64,000 nt of DNA from positions 27,590,001 through 27,654,000 of the forward strand of contig OX597832.1 in the NCBI GenBank assembly GCA_951406725.2, read 5' to 3'. A model generated the notes under the pieces. It was given only the letters and a program-made list of their open reading frames with translations, searched no databases and was not told the origin of the DNA. How positions within the stretch are numbered: position 1 is the stretch's first letter; each line of letters starts with the position of its first letter. Shown here one piece after another: positions 31,142-43,976 of the stretch. Position numbers and translations under genes: made by a program. Source of the DNA: Octopus vulgaris (taxonomy: Eukaryota).

Positions 31142-31667
31142 TCATAGAAAAACTTTCGCTATAACAATAGATGTTGTATGTAATTAAAAGAGGCATCTAT
31201 ATATCATATTTTATGTAAATACTTTTAAATGTAAATTTACTGCGGTATTCGTCCTGAGCTAACATCTCTTGGGGACGGGCTGAGTTATATATGGGAGGAA
31301 GGCGAAAATCGCCCCAGAAGAAGTCAGTGAGAACACCAGGTACATTTTGGCCTCTGTGGGCCTTGACAATGCAGTGCTCTCAGCCGGCCGCTTACTTTAA
31401 GGAAATTTGTCGCTTCCGATACTTAGCAAAATCGTGAAAAAGATTCACTGATGTTGTGAATGAACGCTGGGCAGAATAAAAATCCGTTATATGCAACAAC
31501 GGCAGTATCTAATTAAAATGCACGGCTGTTTCGTACTTAAAGTAAATACCTCTACACATGGACGTATGTATGTATGTGTATTTGTGTGTGCATCTATATA
31601 TATGTTTGTGTGTGTTTATGCGTGTGTGTGTATGTGTGTGTGCGTGTGTGTATGTGTGTGTGTGTTT

Positions 31668-31751
<84 letters not shown>

Positions 31752-32659
31752 CTGTTACAGAAAATATAGGAAATCTCGAATGCAGAATGGTGGCGGTGTT
31801 GATGGTGTTGATGAAGTGAAATAAAAGTTCAACCATCACCGCAATGGCGAAAAAATGGAAGAATTAGTAGCAGGGATGATGGTGGGTGAAAGAATCGTTT
31901 GCCTGTTTATAGTTTGCCGTTGAATTTGTTCTTCTATGCCTTCAGTCTCGTCTGCATAAATAATTAAATACCAAATCGGCAACAAACCATTAATTAAACT
32001 AATTAAACAAAAAACATTTTTCCTAAAGTTTATCAATTTCTTTCAAATATATCCAAAGTTCGATTCCTCTCAGACCTAAAGACATGGAATATAAATAGTT
32101 TTGGTTCGATAAATTCTATTTTCCGACATGCGGTGCCTATCGTACGGCTCCTGGGACAGACATTGTCATTGGAAACTCTGATACAATCAGAGTTTCCCAG
32201 CTATTTCAGGATTTATCAAAGTAAAACGGTCGGTTTTATCTTTACATCAGCTTCTTTGAATTCATTTTTTTTTTCTAATTTTTCTTTTTCTTTTTAATTG
32301 TATGTTTTTGTTTGTTTGTGTTTGCCATGACGAACGAAGATTAAGTTTTAATGAACGCCTCATTAAAAAAATAGATTAAGTATATTCATCACATTGAATA
32401 AATTTACGAGAAACCTGAAGGAGGTAAACGAAGGAAGTGAGATCGAGCCAAGTGATAAGATTCTTTTTATTTTATTTTTCTCCTGGTCCCAGCTGTTTCA
32501 CTTCCTTTACGCCACTGATGCCATTGGTGGAAAGACATGAACGCCACAACATGGCAACCGACCCTCTACACGCACACACATACACGCACACACACGTACA
32601 CACACAAAAACATATGCTCACCTTCATGCAATTTATTTTTTTAAATAGTTCGTCTTTTA

Positions 32660-32860
32660 TCGTTTACTTGTTTTAAGCCATTAAACTGTGGCCATGCTGG
32701 GGCACCGCTTTGAAGAATTTTTTAGTGGAACCAATCGACACTCGGTACATTTTTCTAAACCTGGTCTTATTGTATCGCTCACTTTTGCTGAACCGCTAAC
32801 CCTAAGTTACGAGGACGTAAACAAGCTGTGGCGGGAGACAAACACAGACACAAGCATACA
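32660..32860 (-). mobile_element. SINE family A, 3' half
   Basis: tgtggccatgctggggcaccgc...gaaccgcta...gacgtaaaca matches the reverse of family A. Confidence 0.8.
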
Positions 32861-32888
32861 CACACACACACATACATGCATTTATATA

Positions 32889-32947
<59 letters not shown>

Positions 32948-33261
32948 GTATATATACATGTGTAAACGCACTCGCACGCGCACACACACATACACATATA
33001 CACACACACATACACACATACACATACACACACACACATACACACATACACATATACACACATACATACACACATACACATATACATACACACATACATA
33101 TACATACACATATACACACACACATACACACGCACGCACACACAGATGTCTTTGCAGGATCGTGACTTTGATCGATGCGTGGCGTTGGTTGTTCATATTT
33201 AATTACGAATATGTGTAACTGTGTGATTATTAAAAAGCTTTATTTTCTACCTTAATAGTAG

Positions 33262-33393
33262 TGTACTCAGCCGGTATATGAAGGGTAGGGGTTCGAGTCC
33301 AGTAGGCGCCTGCTGTCAGATTTTTTTAACAAGGTGGTGCTCCAGCATGGCCGGACTCAAATGACTGAAACAAGTATAAAAGGAAAAGAATAA
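33262..33393 (+). mobile_element. Short tRNA-like SINE with the family A / LINE tail
   Basis: B-box ggttcgagtcc, then ggtggtgctccagcatggccggactcaaatgactgaaacaagta. Confidence 0.65.
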
Positions 33394-33767
33394 ATCCACA
33401 CACAAACATATATGCGTGACTCTCGTTCTCGTCTGTCGCAAGAATTAATTTCCTCTCTCCTTACTTCAGTCCCTCACGGTCTTAATTCTCCACCCGTCTT
33501 CGTTTAAACCCCGTTCCACACACATTTGCAGACAACACACCTTTCACCTTCCTTATGTTCCTTCAATCCCCAACCATCAACACCCCACCACACACACACA
33601 CACGCACTTGCACGGACACACACACACACACACGCACACACTCATATGCCAGGTCACTGTTATCTCGCTTGCCATCTACACCTCAAGCCAACTTCTTCCT
33701 CTTCGGGTCATTTCAATATGTCTTGACCATTTTATTCGGACATGTTTCTTTTCTTCTCTCTGCATTA

Positions 33768-33880
33768 ATCCTTTCTGCTGAAGAGCGTCGGCTCGAAACG
33801 TCAAAGACGTCTTCCATTTTCCTTGAGCGTAAAACCTAATACACCTTGTTTGTTGTTGTTTCACCATGTCCTTGCGCTTG
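33768..33880 (+). mobile_element. PLE pseudo-LTR fragment with minimal HHR-like motif
   Basis: ttt-ctgCtga-a-gagc-gtcg-gctc-GAAAC-GTC-aaag; the core has an A>C change. Confidence 0.6.
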
Positions 33881-33994
33881 GGGTGGGTGCATATATACAT
33901 AAATACATACATGTATGTGTGTGCCTGTGTGTAAATACATATGTATAAGTGTGTGTATATATATTATATATTATATATTATATATATATTATAT

Positions 33995-34035
<41 letters not shown>

Positions 34036-34540
34036 ACACAAACATATATATATATATAAGTGTGTGCGTGTGTATGTGTGTGTGTATATATATATATATA
34101 TGTACTATCTACCTCCAGTACCTCCCACGAAATGTGGTTTTTTGTGTCTATATTAGAAAACGTTGTTGTTCTTGTTGTTCTTGTTGTTGTTGTTGGTGGT
34201 GGTGGTGGTGGTGGTGGTGGTGGTGGTGTTGCTATGCTGCTGCTGGTGATGCTGGTGTTGGTTATGCACTGCAGAGAATATAGAACGGCTCAAAGTAACA
34301 TCGCCCCTCTCTCTCTCTCTTTCTCTCTCTCATTCCCTCTCTTTTCTCATCCGCTCTTTCTCTCTTTCTCTTTCTCTCTCGCTTCTCTCTTTTCCCGATC
34401 AACAAAACTCATTGAATGGATCGGCATTCGATAATCTTGGCATTGCCAGACATAAAAGAAAATAATGAAACACACGCGCGCGCACACACGCACACACACA
34501 CACACATATATATATACATACATACATACATATATATATA

Positions 34541-34586
<46 letters not shown>

Positions 34587-34674
34587 AGCAACCATACACA
34601 CATACATACGCAGAACCAAACATACACATAAGCATATGTATATATTATAAATATACATATGCAAATAAATATAC

Positions 34675-34718
<44 letters not shown>

Positions 34719-34739
34719 CTATATCTATCTATCTATCTA

Positions 34740-34818
<79 letters not shown>

Positions 34819-34821
34819 ATA

Positions 34822-34861
<40 letters not shown>

Positions 34862-34959
34862 TATATATATGTAGATACACACTGACACACTGACACACAC
34901 ACACGCACACACACACAAGTACAAAAAACATAAATTCTTGTAATGTGTTGTCATGACGA

Positions 34960-36230
34960 TGGTCGAAAAAAAAATGGTGCCATTTCTGTGGAATACAAAC
35001 AAGTTAAAATTCCTCGATCACTGCCAGACATTGTCCACAATTATATTCCTGGCTTTCGATGAATAAATCCAGTTTTTGTGTTTTTTTTACTTTTTGAAAT
35101 CATAACAGATACATTCAATAATTACATGAAATCTGGGTTGTTTTTATAGACATGAATCTAGAAATGAACGCAGAATCAGTCATGACCGTTTGCTAAAGAA
35201 GTTCGTTTCTCGAATCAACAGATTCCATCTTTTGGATTTTTTTTTTTTAGTTGTGGAGGTTGAAAGAAGGGCAGTGACCATGTCTTTTGTAGGTTCTCTG
35301 AGACTGATGAGCCTTGATGGTGATAATGGTCTGTTTAAAGGTTTAAAGGGTTGTAGGTCAACACTTGTGAAGAATGTCGTGAGCAGGGAGAAGATTCTAG
35401 AAGGACGATGGTTTGAGGATGAAGGACTAAACCTAATGGTTAATGAGGAGCAGGAGTGTCTAGACGTAAAAAAAGAGCGCTGAGTGGTCGAAATAAGAAT
35501 GGTTCAAGAATTCCTGGGTGACGGGGTTTGAAGTTATCAAGATTAAAGAAACAGTCGGCGAGCTGGCAGAAACGTTAGCGCACCGGACGAAATCCTTAGC
35601 GGTATTTCATCTGCCGCTACGTTCTGAGTTCAAATTCCGCCGAGGTTGACTTTGCCTTTCATCCTTTCGGGGTCGATTAAATAAGTACCAGTTACGCACT
35701 GGGGTCGATATAATCGACTTAATCCGTTTGTCTGTCCTTGTTTGTCCCCTCTGTGTGTGGCCCCTTGTGGGCAGTAAAGAAATAAGATTCAAGAAACAGG
35801 GGCCTTTGTAATAGAGATAGAAAAGACAGCAAAAAAGGACAACGCTTCAGTGGCGTCGGAGTTTAAAGTGTGGCCGTTAGTGACGATGTGCCAGTCATCC
35901 TAGTGTTTCAATGCCATTGCATGGAGGCACCATGGTCCAGTGCTTTCAGCCTTTGCCTCTGATCCAATCCAAAGAAATTTTGTCGAATTTAGGTTGACGC
36001 AGATTGCATGGAGGGCTTCATTAGATCAAGTCTGTAGTTTTTCTTGGATGTTATATTAAATATTCTGATACCACCACACGACACTCTGGTTATCTTTTGC
36101 AGGGTTTACTCTTTGGGAAACATTTTGGCTTGGCATCAAGTATGATAATAAGACACTTGTTATAATGTATAGGGTCTTTGCCGTATTTTCTCTAATCGTC
36201 TCGCAGAAACCCTGAACAAAAAGGAAACAA
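34960..36230 (-). mobile_element. Highly decayed L1/Tx1-like LINE remnant, interrupted by a SINE
   Basis: Weak motifs in the expected order on minus: GGIRIFNITSK (cf. GGLG..DI..K) then LDLFIESQ...VWQ (cf. HLF.EC...VW). Confidence 0.35.
35555..35783 (+). mobile_element. SINE family B, full length with TSD
   Basis: Head ggcgagctggcagaaacgttag and B-box gagttcaaattcc. 16-bp TSD aagattaaagaaacag (35539-54) / aagattcaagaaacag (35784-99). Confidence 0.92.
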
Positions 36231-36458
36231 CCGCTGCACTTCATTTTCTTAGTAAGCTATTCATTAAAAACAAGCAAAATCTCAGCGGGAATCCGAAGTC
36301 GGTTTTCCCTCTTGATGTGATGATTTTCAATAGAGTTGTCCCTCGGTTTGCACGGTTTCAATACAACACTAGTCTGGCTTTTGTAGATTTTTTTTTAACT
36401 TGAAAAGACCAAATCAAAGAGTCCCTGAAACTCTATATGTCTTCAAGAATATTCTTAA

Positions 36459-36820
36459 CTAGCAGTATCGCCCGGCGTTGCTCAGGTTTGTAAGGGAAAT
36501 AACTATAAAGCATTTTTAGAGAGTTATAGCAAAAAAATGGAAAAAAATGATGGTAAATTTTTTTTTGAGATTTAAGGTGGAGTTGCGTCCCCCAGACAAT
36601 TTGTGGTTCGTGTTTCTGATTCTCGACCCCATGTCGAATTTATCGATTTTTTTCAGAACTGGGGGAACTTTTCAAAATTTTCGCTGCGTTAGTTTTGAAT
36701 TATGACATTGGGCTACGTGTGTGTCAAGTTTCATCAGAATCGGTTGAAAGATGTGGTCAGGGTGAGGGTACAACCTGACAGACACACAGACAGACAAACT
36801 GCCGTTTATATAGAGAGAGA
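36459..36820 (-). mobile_element. Non-autonomous Helitron
   Basis: Minus strand A|TCtctctctatataaacggcagtttgtctgtctg ... hairpin ... CTAG|T. Confidence 0.82.
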
Positions 36821-36942
36821 TTTCGTCCGAAGGTGTCTTCTTTCTTTTGTATTTTTTAACCACATTGGTGCATGCATGTATGTATGTATCATAGGATTTA
36901 AATATAAAATCATGCTCGGATAATACTGTGAACGGAACTGTC

Positions 36943-37112
36943 TTTACGTTCCGAGTTCAAATTCCGCCGAGGTTGACTTTGCCTTTCATCCTTTCGGGGT
37001 CGATAAATAAAGTACCAGTTACGCACTGAGGTCGATGTAATAGATTTAATCCGTTTGTCTGTCCTTGTTTGTCCCCTCTGTGTTTAGCCCCTTGTGGGTA
37101 GTAAAGAAATAA
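36943..37112 (+). mobile_element. SINE family B, 5'-truncated
   Basis: Near identical to 35618-35783. Confidence 0.9.
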
Positions 37113-37637
37113 ATATACAATATGTGAGGTAGCTGCGATGTTGGATGAAGAAGAAGAAGAAGAAGAAGAAGAAGAAGAAGAAGAAGAAGAAGAAGAAGAA
37201 GAAGAAGAAGAAGAAGAAGAAGAAGAAGATGAAGTGGAAGAAGAAGAAGAAGAAGAAGAAGAAGAAGAAGAAGAAGGAAGAAGAAGAAGAAGAAGAAGAA
37301 GAAGAAGAAGAAGGTGAAGAAGAAGAAGGTGAAGAAGAAGAAGAAGAAGAAGAAGAAGAAGAAGAAGAAGAAGAAGAAGAAGAAGAAGAAGAAGAAGAAG
37401 AAGAAGAAGAAGAAGAAGAAGATAATGATGTGCCCCTTCAAAATAAGATATTTTTGTCTTCGTCCAATTCTGTAGATTGGAAAAGGGGAAAACTGGAAAA
37501 ATCTTTAAAAGGAATTTGTTATTGTTATTGTTTTCCAAATAACTCAATAAGAATCGGCATCGCTTGGTGGTCCCGAATATTCGAAATGAAATACTTCAAA
37601 ATACAAACACACTCACACACACACACACACACGCACG

Positions 37638-37673
<36 letters not shown>

Positions 37674-37699
37674 TGTACGCACAAATGTACGTATAAATA

Positions 37700-37730
<31 letters not shown>

Positions 37731-38143
37731 CACAGTATCGACCAGGTGACTATCGAATGTTGTTATACCTCACTGGGCACAATGCGCTTTGCATCGTTTC
37801 AGCTTTCGAATGAAACTACCACTGCTGGTCAGGCGACCATGCTGACATTGCCCATGATCTGAGGCCGATTCTGTCATCACTGGGTGACCATTTGCAGCTG
37901 AGTGGACTGGGGCAATGGGAAGATGTGTGTGTGTGCGTGCGTGCATGTGTGTGTATGTGCTTGTGTGTGAGTGCGTGTGTTTATACATATATATATATAT
38001 AAATCGATCGATAGATAGACAGAAAGAAAGAAAGAAAGAATGAAAGAAAGAATGAAAAAAGACAGACAGACAGACAGACAGACAGGCAGTCAGACAGGCA
38101 GACAGACAGACAGACAGACAGACAGACAGGCAGGCAGGCAGGC

Positions 38144-38191
<48 letters not shown>

Positions 38192-38255
38192 TGACAGACA
38201 GACAGACAGACAGACAGACAAGCAGGCAGGCAGGCAGACAGACAGACAGACAGGC

Positions 38256-38286
<31 letters not shown>

Positions 38287-38739
38287 TGGATAGATAAGCA
38301 TGTTCTGTAAAGCCAAATGGCGGTGCCCCAGCATGACCACAGCTCGTGAGCTGAAACTAGATAAAATAAATAAATATAAGATAAATAAAGTTAATACTTA
38401 AATGAAAAAGATCAACGGGGATAAACGGTGAGGCCCTGAAAGGCGCTGAACATTTCGCTCTTCACTTTAAACCCCATGCATATGTGTGTGTGTGTGTATA
38501 TATTTCTATGTATGTACCTATGTACCTATGAATGTATGTATTTATGCATACTGTGTGAGTGTTCATGTATGCCTGTACGTATGTGTGTCTGTGTATTCGC
38601 AAGATGATGAGGAGGTTGAAAGTCTTGACACGTTTGGAGTTCATTTAATTTCCAATGGCGACTTGGTTCGATTTCTTTGTATCGCCTTCAAATTGATTTT
38701 TGTACAGACTTATGATGACTGCAGGGGTAATATAATATA

Positions 38740-38846
<107 letters not shown>

Positions 38847-39041
38847 AATGGAACACACAAAAGAAAGACAAATAGACAGGAAACTATTCAAGAGGCGACC
38901 ATTTTAATTCGGTCTGTAGGACTTACAGACACTCTCTGATAAAACACAAAAATATATTAAATTCATCTGATATTTGTTTATGTATGTATGTATGTATGTA
39001 TGTTTACATGTATATATATGTATATATATATATATATCTAC

Positions 39042-39072
<31 letters not shown>

Positions 39073-39104
39073 TGTATATATGTATATTTACATGTATATA
39101 TATG

Positions 39105-39146
<42 letters not shown>

Positions 39147-39148
39147 TA

Positions 39149-39195
<47 letters not shown>

Positions 39196-39288
39196 CATAT
39201 ACATATATATATATATATGTATATATATATATGCATATATATATATGCATATATTTATATATATGTGTGTATATAGATATATATATAC

Positions 39289-39365
<77 letters not shown>

Positions 39366-39828
39366 CATACACATTTATGTATCTGTGCATATATAAATAC
39401 ATATATATATATATATATATACATACACACACATATATAATACACATATATATATATATTTATTTATTTATTTATTTATATATTGAAAGCAACTTCATTA
39501 CGTCATTTGTGTTTGTTTTGGCGTTGTTGTTATTGTTGATTTTGTTTGTTTTTTGCTTTTATGTGTGTTTGTGTGTGTGAGTGTGTGCGTGCGTGTTTGT
39601 GTTTTTATGTGTGTGAGAGAGAGAGGCAGCCAGACATAGAGTGTGTGTGTGTGTTTATATTGCTTTTTGCGGTTGGCATCAAACTGCAATCTTCTGTACT
39701 CTTTTTAATATCGAAACCGAATAAGAAACAAAAGAAGAAGAAGAAGAAGAAGAAGAAGAAGAAGAAGAAGAAGAAGAAGAAGAAGAAGAAGAAGAAGAAG
39801 AAGAAGAAGAAGAAGAAGAAGAAGAAGA

Positions 39829-40040
39829 ATCCTTTCTACTGTAGGAACAAGGCCTGAATTTTATGGGGAGGATGATAGTCGATGACATCGACCCCAGTGC
39901 ATAACTGGTAGTTAATTTCTGGACCCCGAAAGGATGAAAGGCAAAGTTGACCTCGACAGAATTTGAACTCAGAACGTAACGGCAGACGAAATACGGTTAC
40001 GCATTTTGCCCGGCGTGTTAACGTTTCTGCCAGCTCGCTA
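39829..40040 (-). mobile_element. SINE family B, alternative tail
   Basis: Reverse complement of the family B head and core, ending caggccttgttcctacagtagaaaggatt. Confidence 0.88.
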
Positions 40041-40095
40041 ACAACAACAATGATATCAAAGAGAAGCAGCAGTAGCAGCTGCAGCAGTAGTAGTG

Positions 40096-40151
<56 letters not shown>

Positions 40152-40613
40152 TGCTGCATTAGTAGGCTTCCGGTCGAAGCAAAAGGAATGAAAGTACTAA
40201 GGATGTAATATTAGCCGACAAACTGTTATATAATGGTAAACCAAAGAACATAGAATGGAATCGTTTGTCTTTTGGAAGAAAAATATCTTTGGTCGTAGAA
40301 AGCAGCAGGGAACCGGAGACTTTCTTGTAGTCTTAGATCAGTGCCAAACTATCCAAACAGGAACCTTTGGAAGTTCGAAAACTATTTACAACCGGAAGTT
40401 TACGATACGAATGTTCATTAATGTGAAAATGATGTGGAAAGGAGGAAGAGGAGAAAGAGGAGGGGGAGGGGGTTTGAGGGGTGGGGAGTGGGTAGTCCAC
40501 AGGTGAGTTGTTTGGCTTGGCACCGAACTAAGGTTTGACAGAAATAGTGGCTGGTTTTAGGAACTGATTCGTCATTCGGGAAACACCCCCCTCTTGCTTT
40601 CTGTTTGCTTGGT

Positions 40614-40651
<38 letters not shown>

Positions 40652-40842
40652 TGTATGTGTGTGTGAATGTGTGTGTGTGTGTGCACACGCGTGTGTATAC
40701 ATATGTCATGCTGTGCATGTATGTACACAAATATAGCCATTACATAATATACCTACATGCATACACACACATTCATATATATACATATATATGTCTATGT
40801 ATATATAGATATATATATGTATATATATATGTACATATGTAC

Positions 40843-40879
<37 letters not shown>

Positions 40880-41153
40880 TATATACAGACACATAGGACA
40901 TGCATGCACATATACATAAATATGAGAATGTAAATGTATGTCTACATGCATACAGGTATTTTGTGTGTGTGTGTGTGTGTGTGTTCTCTGTTTTTTAAGT
41001 TGATACCTTCAACAGGGACTTCCTGAAGAAGTTGGGTTTTGTGTTTCCACTTACGAAACAAAAATAATTTTGGTGTTCTAATTTTACTAACAAAACATTC
41101 ACATAGTGAAACACGGCATGATAACAATATAACAGACACATATAAAATATATA

Positions 41154-41242
<89 letters not shown>

Positions 41243-41247
<5 letters not shown>

Positions 41248-42412
41248 GAGCAAAAATACTGGAGATTCAGTATACAACACGTGGTCAAATTATGAGTTGA
41301 AAAAATGTGTGGAAAACATATAAAAGGTGAAAGATAAGCGCCTTCGTTTCACATAGTTTAATATCTTTTCATAAAGAATTTTTTTTAATATATACATATT
41401 TTGGGTATGTAGTGATATCCAACCGGCTTTCGCTATTGAAATTAGCGTTTCAAGGGACATTGTGAAGTAATCAATTCCAGTGACAAAGGGGTCTTGCCAT
41501 TTTAGATGCTTGAAAAATAAGGAATGAGTCCAGAGAGTGGAGCAAGGGATGTAACAGGTGGCAAAGGGGACAACTAACTCCTCGGTATAATTTTTGAAGT
41601 GGTCAAGTTTCCATATTAAGGTGTATTCTGTACTTTTGTATGAACAGGTTTTCCTTGTTTAGGCATTCTTGTAAGGAAACTGAGTCTTTGCATTGGTATA
41701 ATGGAAAGATATGGAAATTCGGCCTTTTATTTCTTGTGCACCTGTCGATATGTTCGCTCTGGCCTATCTACCTGTACTGAGGAAAACGAATCTGTTCTTT
41801 ATGCAGCGTGACTCTGCGTCTCAAAGTAAGGCTCGTTTGGCCCACATAATTGTGGCCACAACCTGAGCAGGTTAAGACATAGATAAGGTTCTGGGAAGCA
41901 TATGTGTAGTTGGTCTTATTTGAAAATCTTTCTCCTTGCTGGAATGTGAATTCCAAACCTTCAGTTAGGTATGGGCATGTACCACAATTAGGTCGTCTGC
42001 ATTTTTTAACTGTTGGTATCGTATGTATTGAGAATACTCTTGCCTTTGTTAGGAGTCTCTTGATTGATTTGTATTGTCTCTTGCATTTGAGGAGTTTGTG
42101 TGTATTTAGGATGTTTTTCATTTTCGGGTCTTGAGTGAGCAGAGGCAGATTTTGTATAATTGTGTTGTATGCTTCATTGTTTCTGGGGTTGTGGGTCGAT
42201 ATGTATGGGAGTGATTTAAAGTGAGGTGTGGTGTTTTGTTTCGGTATCTTTAGTGTTTGTGTCCAATTTCTTGGAACATTCGATTCCATGGTCTATAAGT
42301 GCGGGTGGGTATTGACGTTCAATGAGTGTTATTTTGAGGACTTCTAGGCGAAGTTCCCGAGTGGTTGTGTCAGATACAATTTTACATATCTGTTTTGCTA
42401 GATTGAATGCAT
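41243..42412 (-). mobile_element. 5'-truncated Penelope-like element: RT C-terminus, Cys linker, GIY-YIG endonuclease, 3' pLTR
   Basis: AFNLAKQICKIVSD, CRRPNCGTCPYL, NLIYVLTCSGCGHNYVGQTSLTLRRRVTLH, ENLFIQKY. Contains a stop and a frameshift; (TA)n follows the 3' end. Confidence 0.92.
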
Positions 42413-42473
42413 TAGCTAGAGAGGGAATATGGTGGCACCTGTTTCTCCTGCCAGCCAGAACAGTTGTCTAGTG

Positions 42474-42692
42474 CAGTGCTTTTCAAACTTTTTGCTGGAG
42501 CGGAACCCCAAGGAAACATTCCACTGGCTCGAGGAACCCCTGTGCAATAATTTAATAGTATTATGCACACATATCTGCACAGGAGAATTAAAAATTACTG
42601 CCGATTTTAGCAGTTTTGTAACTTCTTGCGGAACCCCTGGACTGTACTGGCGGAACCTTAAGGTTCCGCGGAACCCTGGTTGAAAATCACTG
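42474..42692. mobile_element. hAT-family MITE
   Basis: TIR cagtgcttttcaaac / ggttgaaaatcactg; perfect 8-bp TSD gtctagtg (42466-73, 42693-700). Confidence 0.92.
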
Positions 42693-42769
42693 GTCTAGTG
42701 TGTAATAAAAGGTGTAAAAGTTTGGCCGGGTTTAAAAGTCATATAAGGACATCACATGGCAACGATCAT

Positions 42770-42932
42770 GAATTCATATTCCGCCGAGGTCGACTTTGCC
42801 TTTCATCCTTTCGGGGTTGATAAATTAAGTACCAGTTACTCACTGGGGTCGATATAATCGACTTAATCCGTTTGTCTGTCCTTGTTTGTTCTCTCTGTGT
42901 TTAGCTCCTTGTGGGTAATAAAGAAATAGGTA
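42770..42932 (+). mobile_element. SINE family B, 5'-truncated
   Basis: Near identical to 35630-35783. Confidence 0.9.
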
Positions 42933-43655
42933 TTTAAACAGTGTGTTAATATATAAGTATATATGTATGTAGATTGTCACAAACAAGAGCATTAACATAT
43001 AAATAATTGAAATATTTATATCCGCTGCTTAATGTTATCAGCAGTCATCAGCAGATTATTGTTATTTTAAACAACTCCATTCCAAAGTGATCACAATAAG
43101 AGTATGCATGCATCTGTCTGTCTGTGTGTATGTGAGTGAATGCAATAAATATTTGTTTGTGTGTGTGTGTGTGTATGTGTGTGTGTGCGCGCATGTGAAT
43201 GTGAGTGTGTGTGTGTGTGTGCATATGTGTGTATGCTTCTGCCTGCACACACGCTCGCGGGCACACACGCTTGCACGCACACATGCATACACTTACACTC
43301 AAACACACACACGTGCATATGTATATATATATATATTCAATCACACATTAATATTTTTTTCTGACCATTTCAGAAATATTATAAACTTCACTAAACGTGT
43401 AAAAAAATTTTTTCATAAAAAAACATCAACAGTAAACGTTGTTGCCACCGCTTCCTACACCACCGCCTCCACCACCACCACCACCGCCTCCACCACCACC
43501 ACCTCCGCCGCCGCTGCTACTGCTGTTGTTGTTCTTGTTGTTGTGTTAGAATGTGAAGACCTTGCGGTGAGAATTGTCAAGTCTGAAACCATTCATTGCT
43601 TGTTTGACTCGTGAACAAAAATACATACATACATACGTACATAGAGAGAAATACA

Positions 43656-43751
<96 letters not shown>

Positions 43752-43945
43752 GGTATGTAGAAAAATACAACATGGACAAGAACGTATAACTCTTAGAAGA
43801 CGACACAATAAACACGGACAGGACATATATATATATATATATATATACATATGTATATACACAAGCATACATATATTTATGTGTGTGTGTGTGTAAACAT
43901 TTATATGTGCATATATATATACAAACATATGTATGTGTGTCTATG

Positions 43946-43976
<31 letters not shown>

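Noticed and set aside
32171-32197. 12-bp hairpin ggaaactctgat-aca-atcagagtttcc
   Set aside because: Isolated and too short for a pre-miRNA, with no supporting context.
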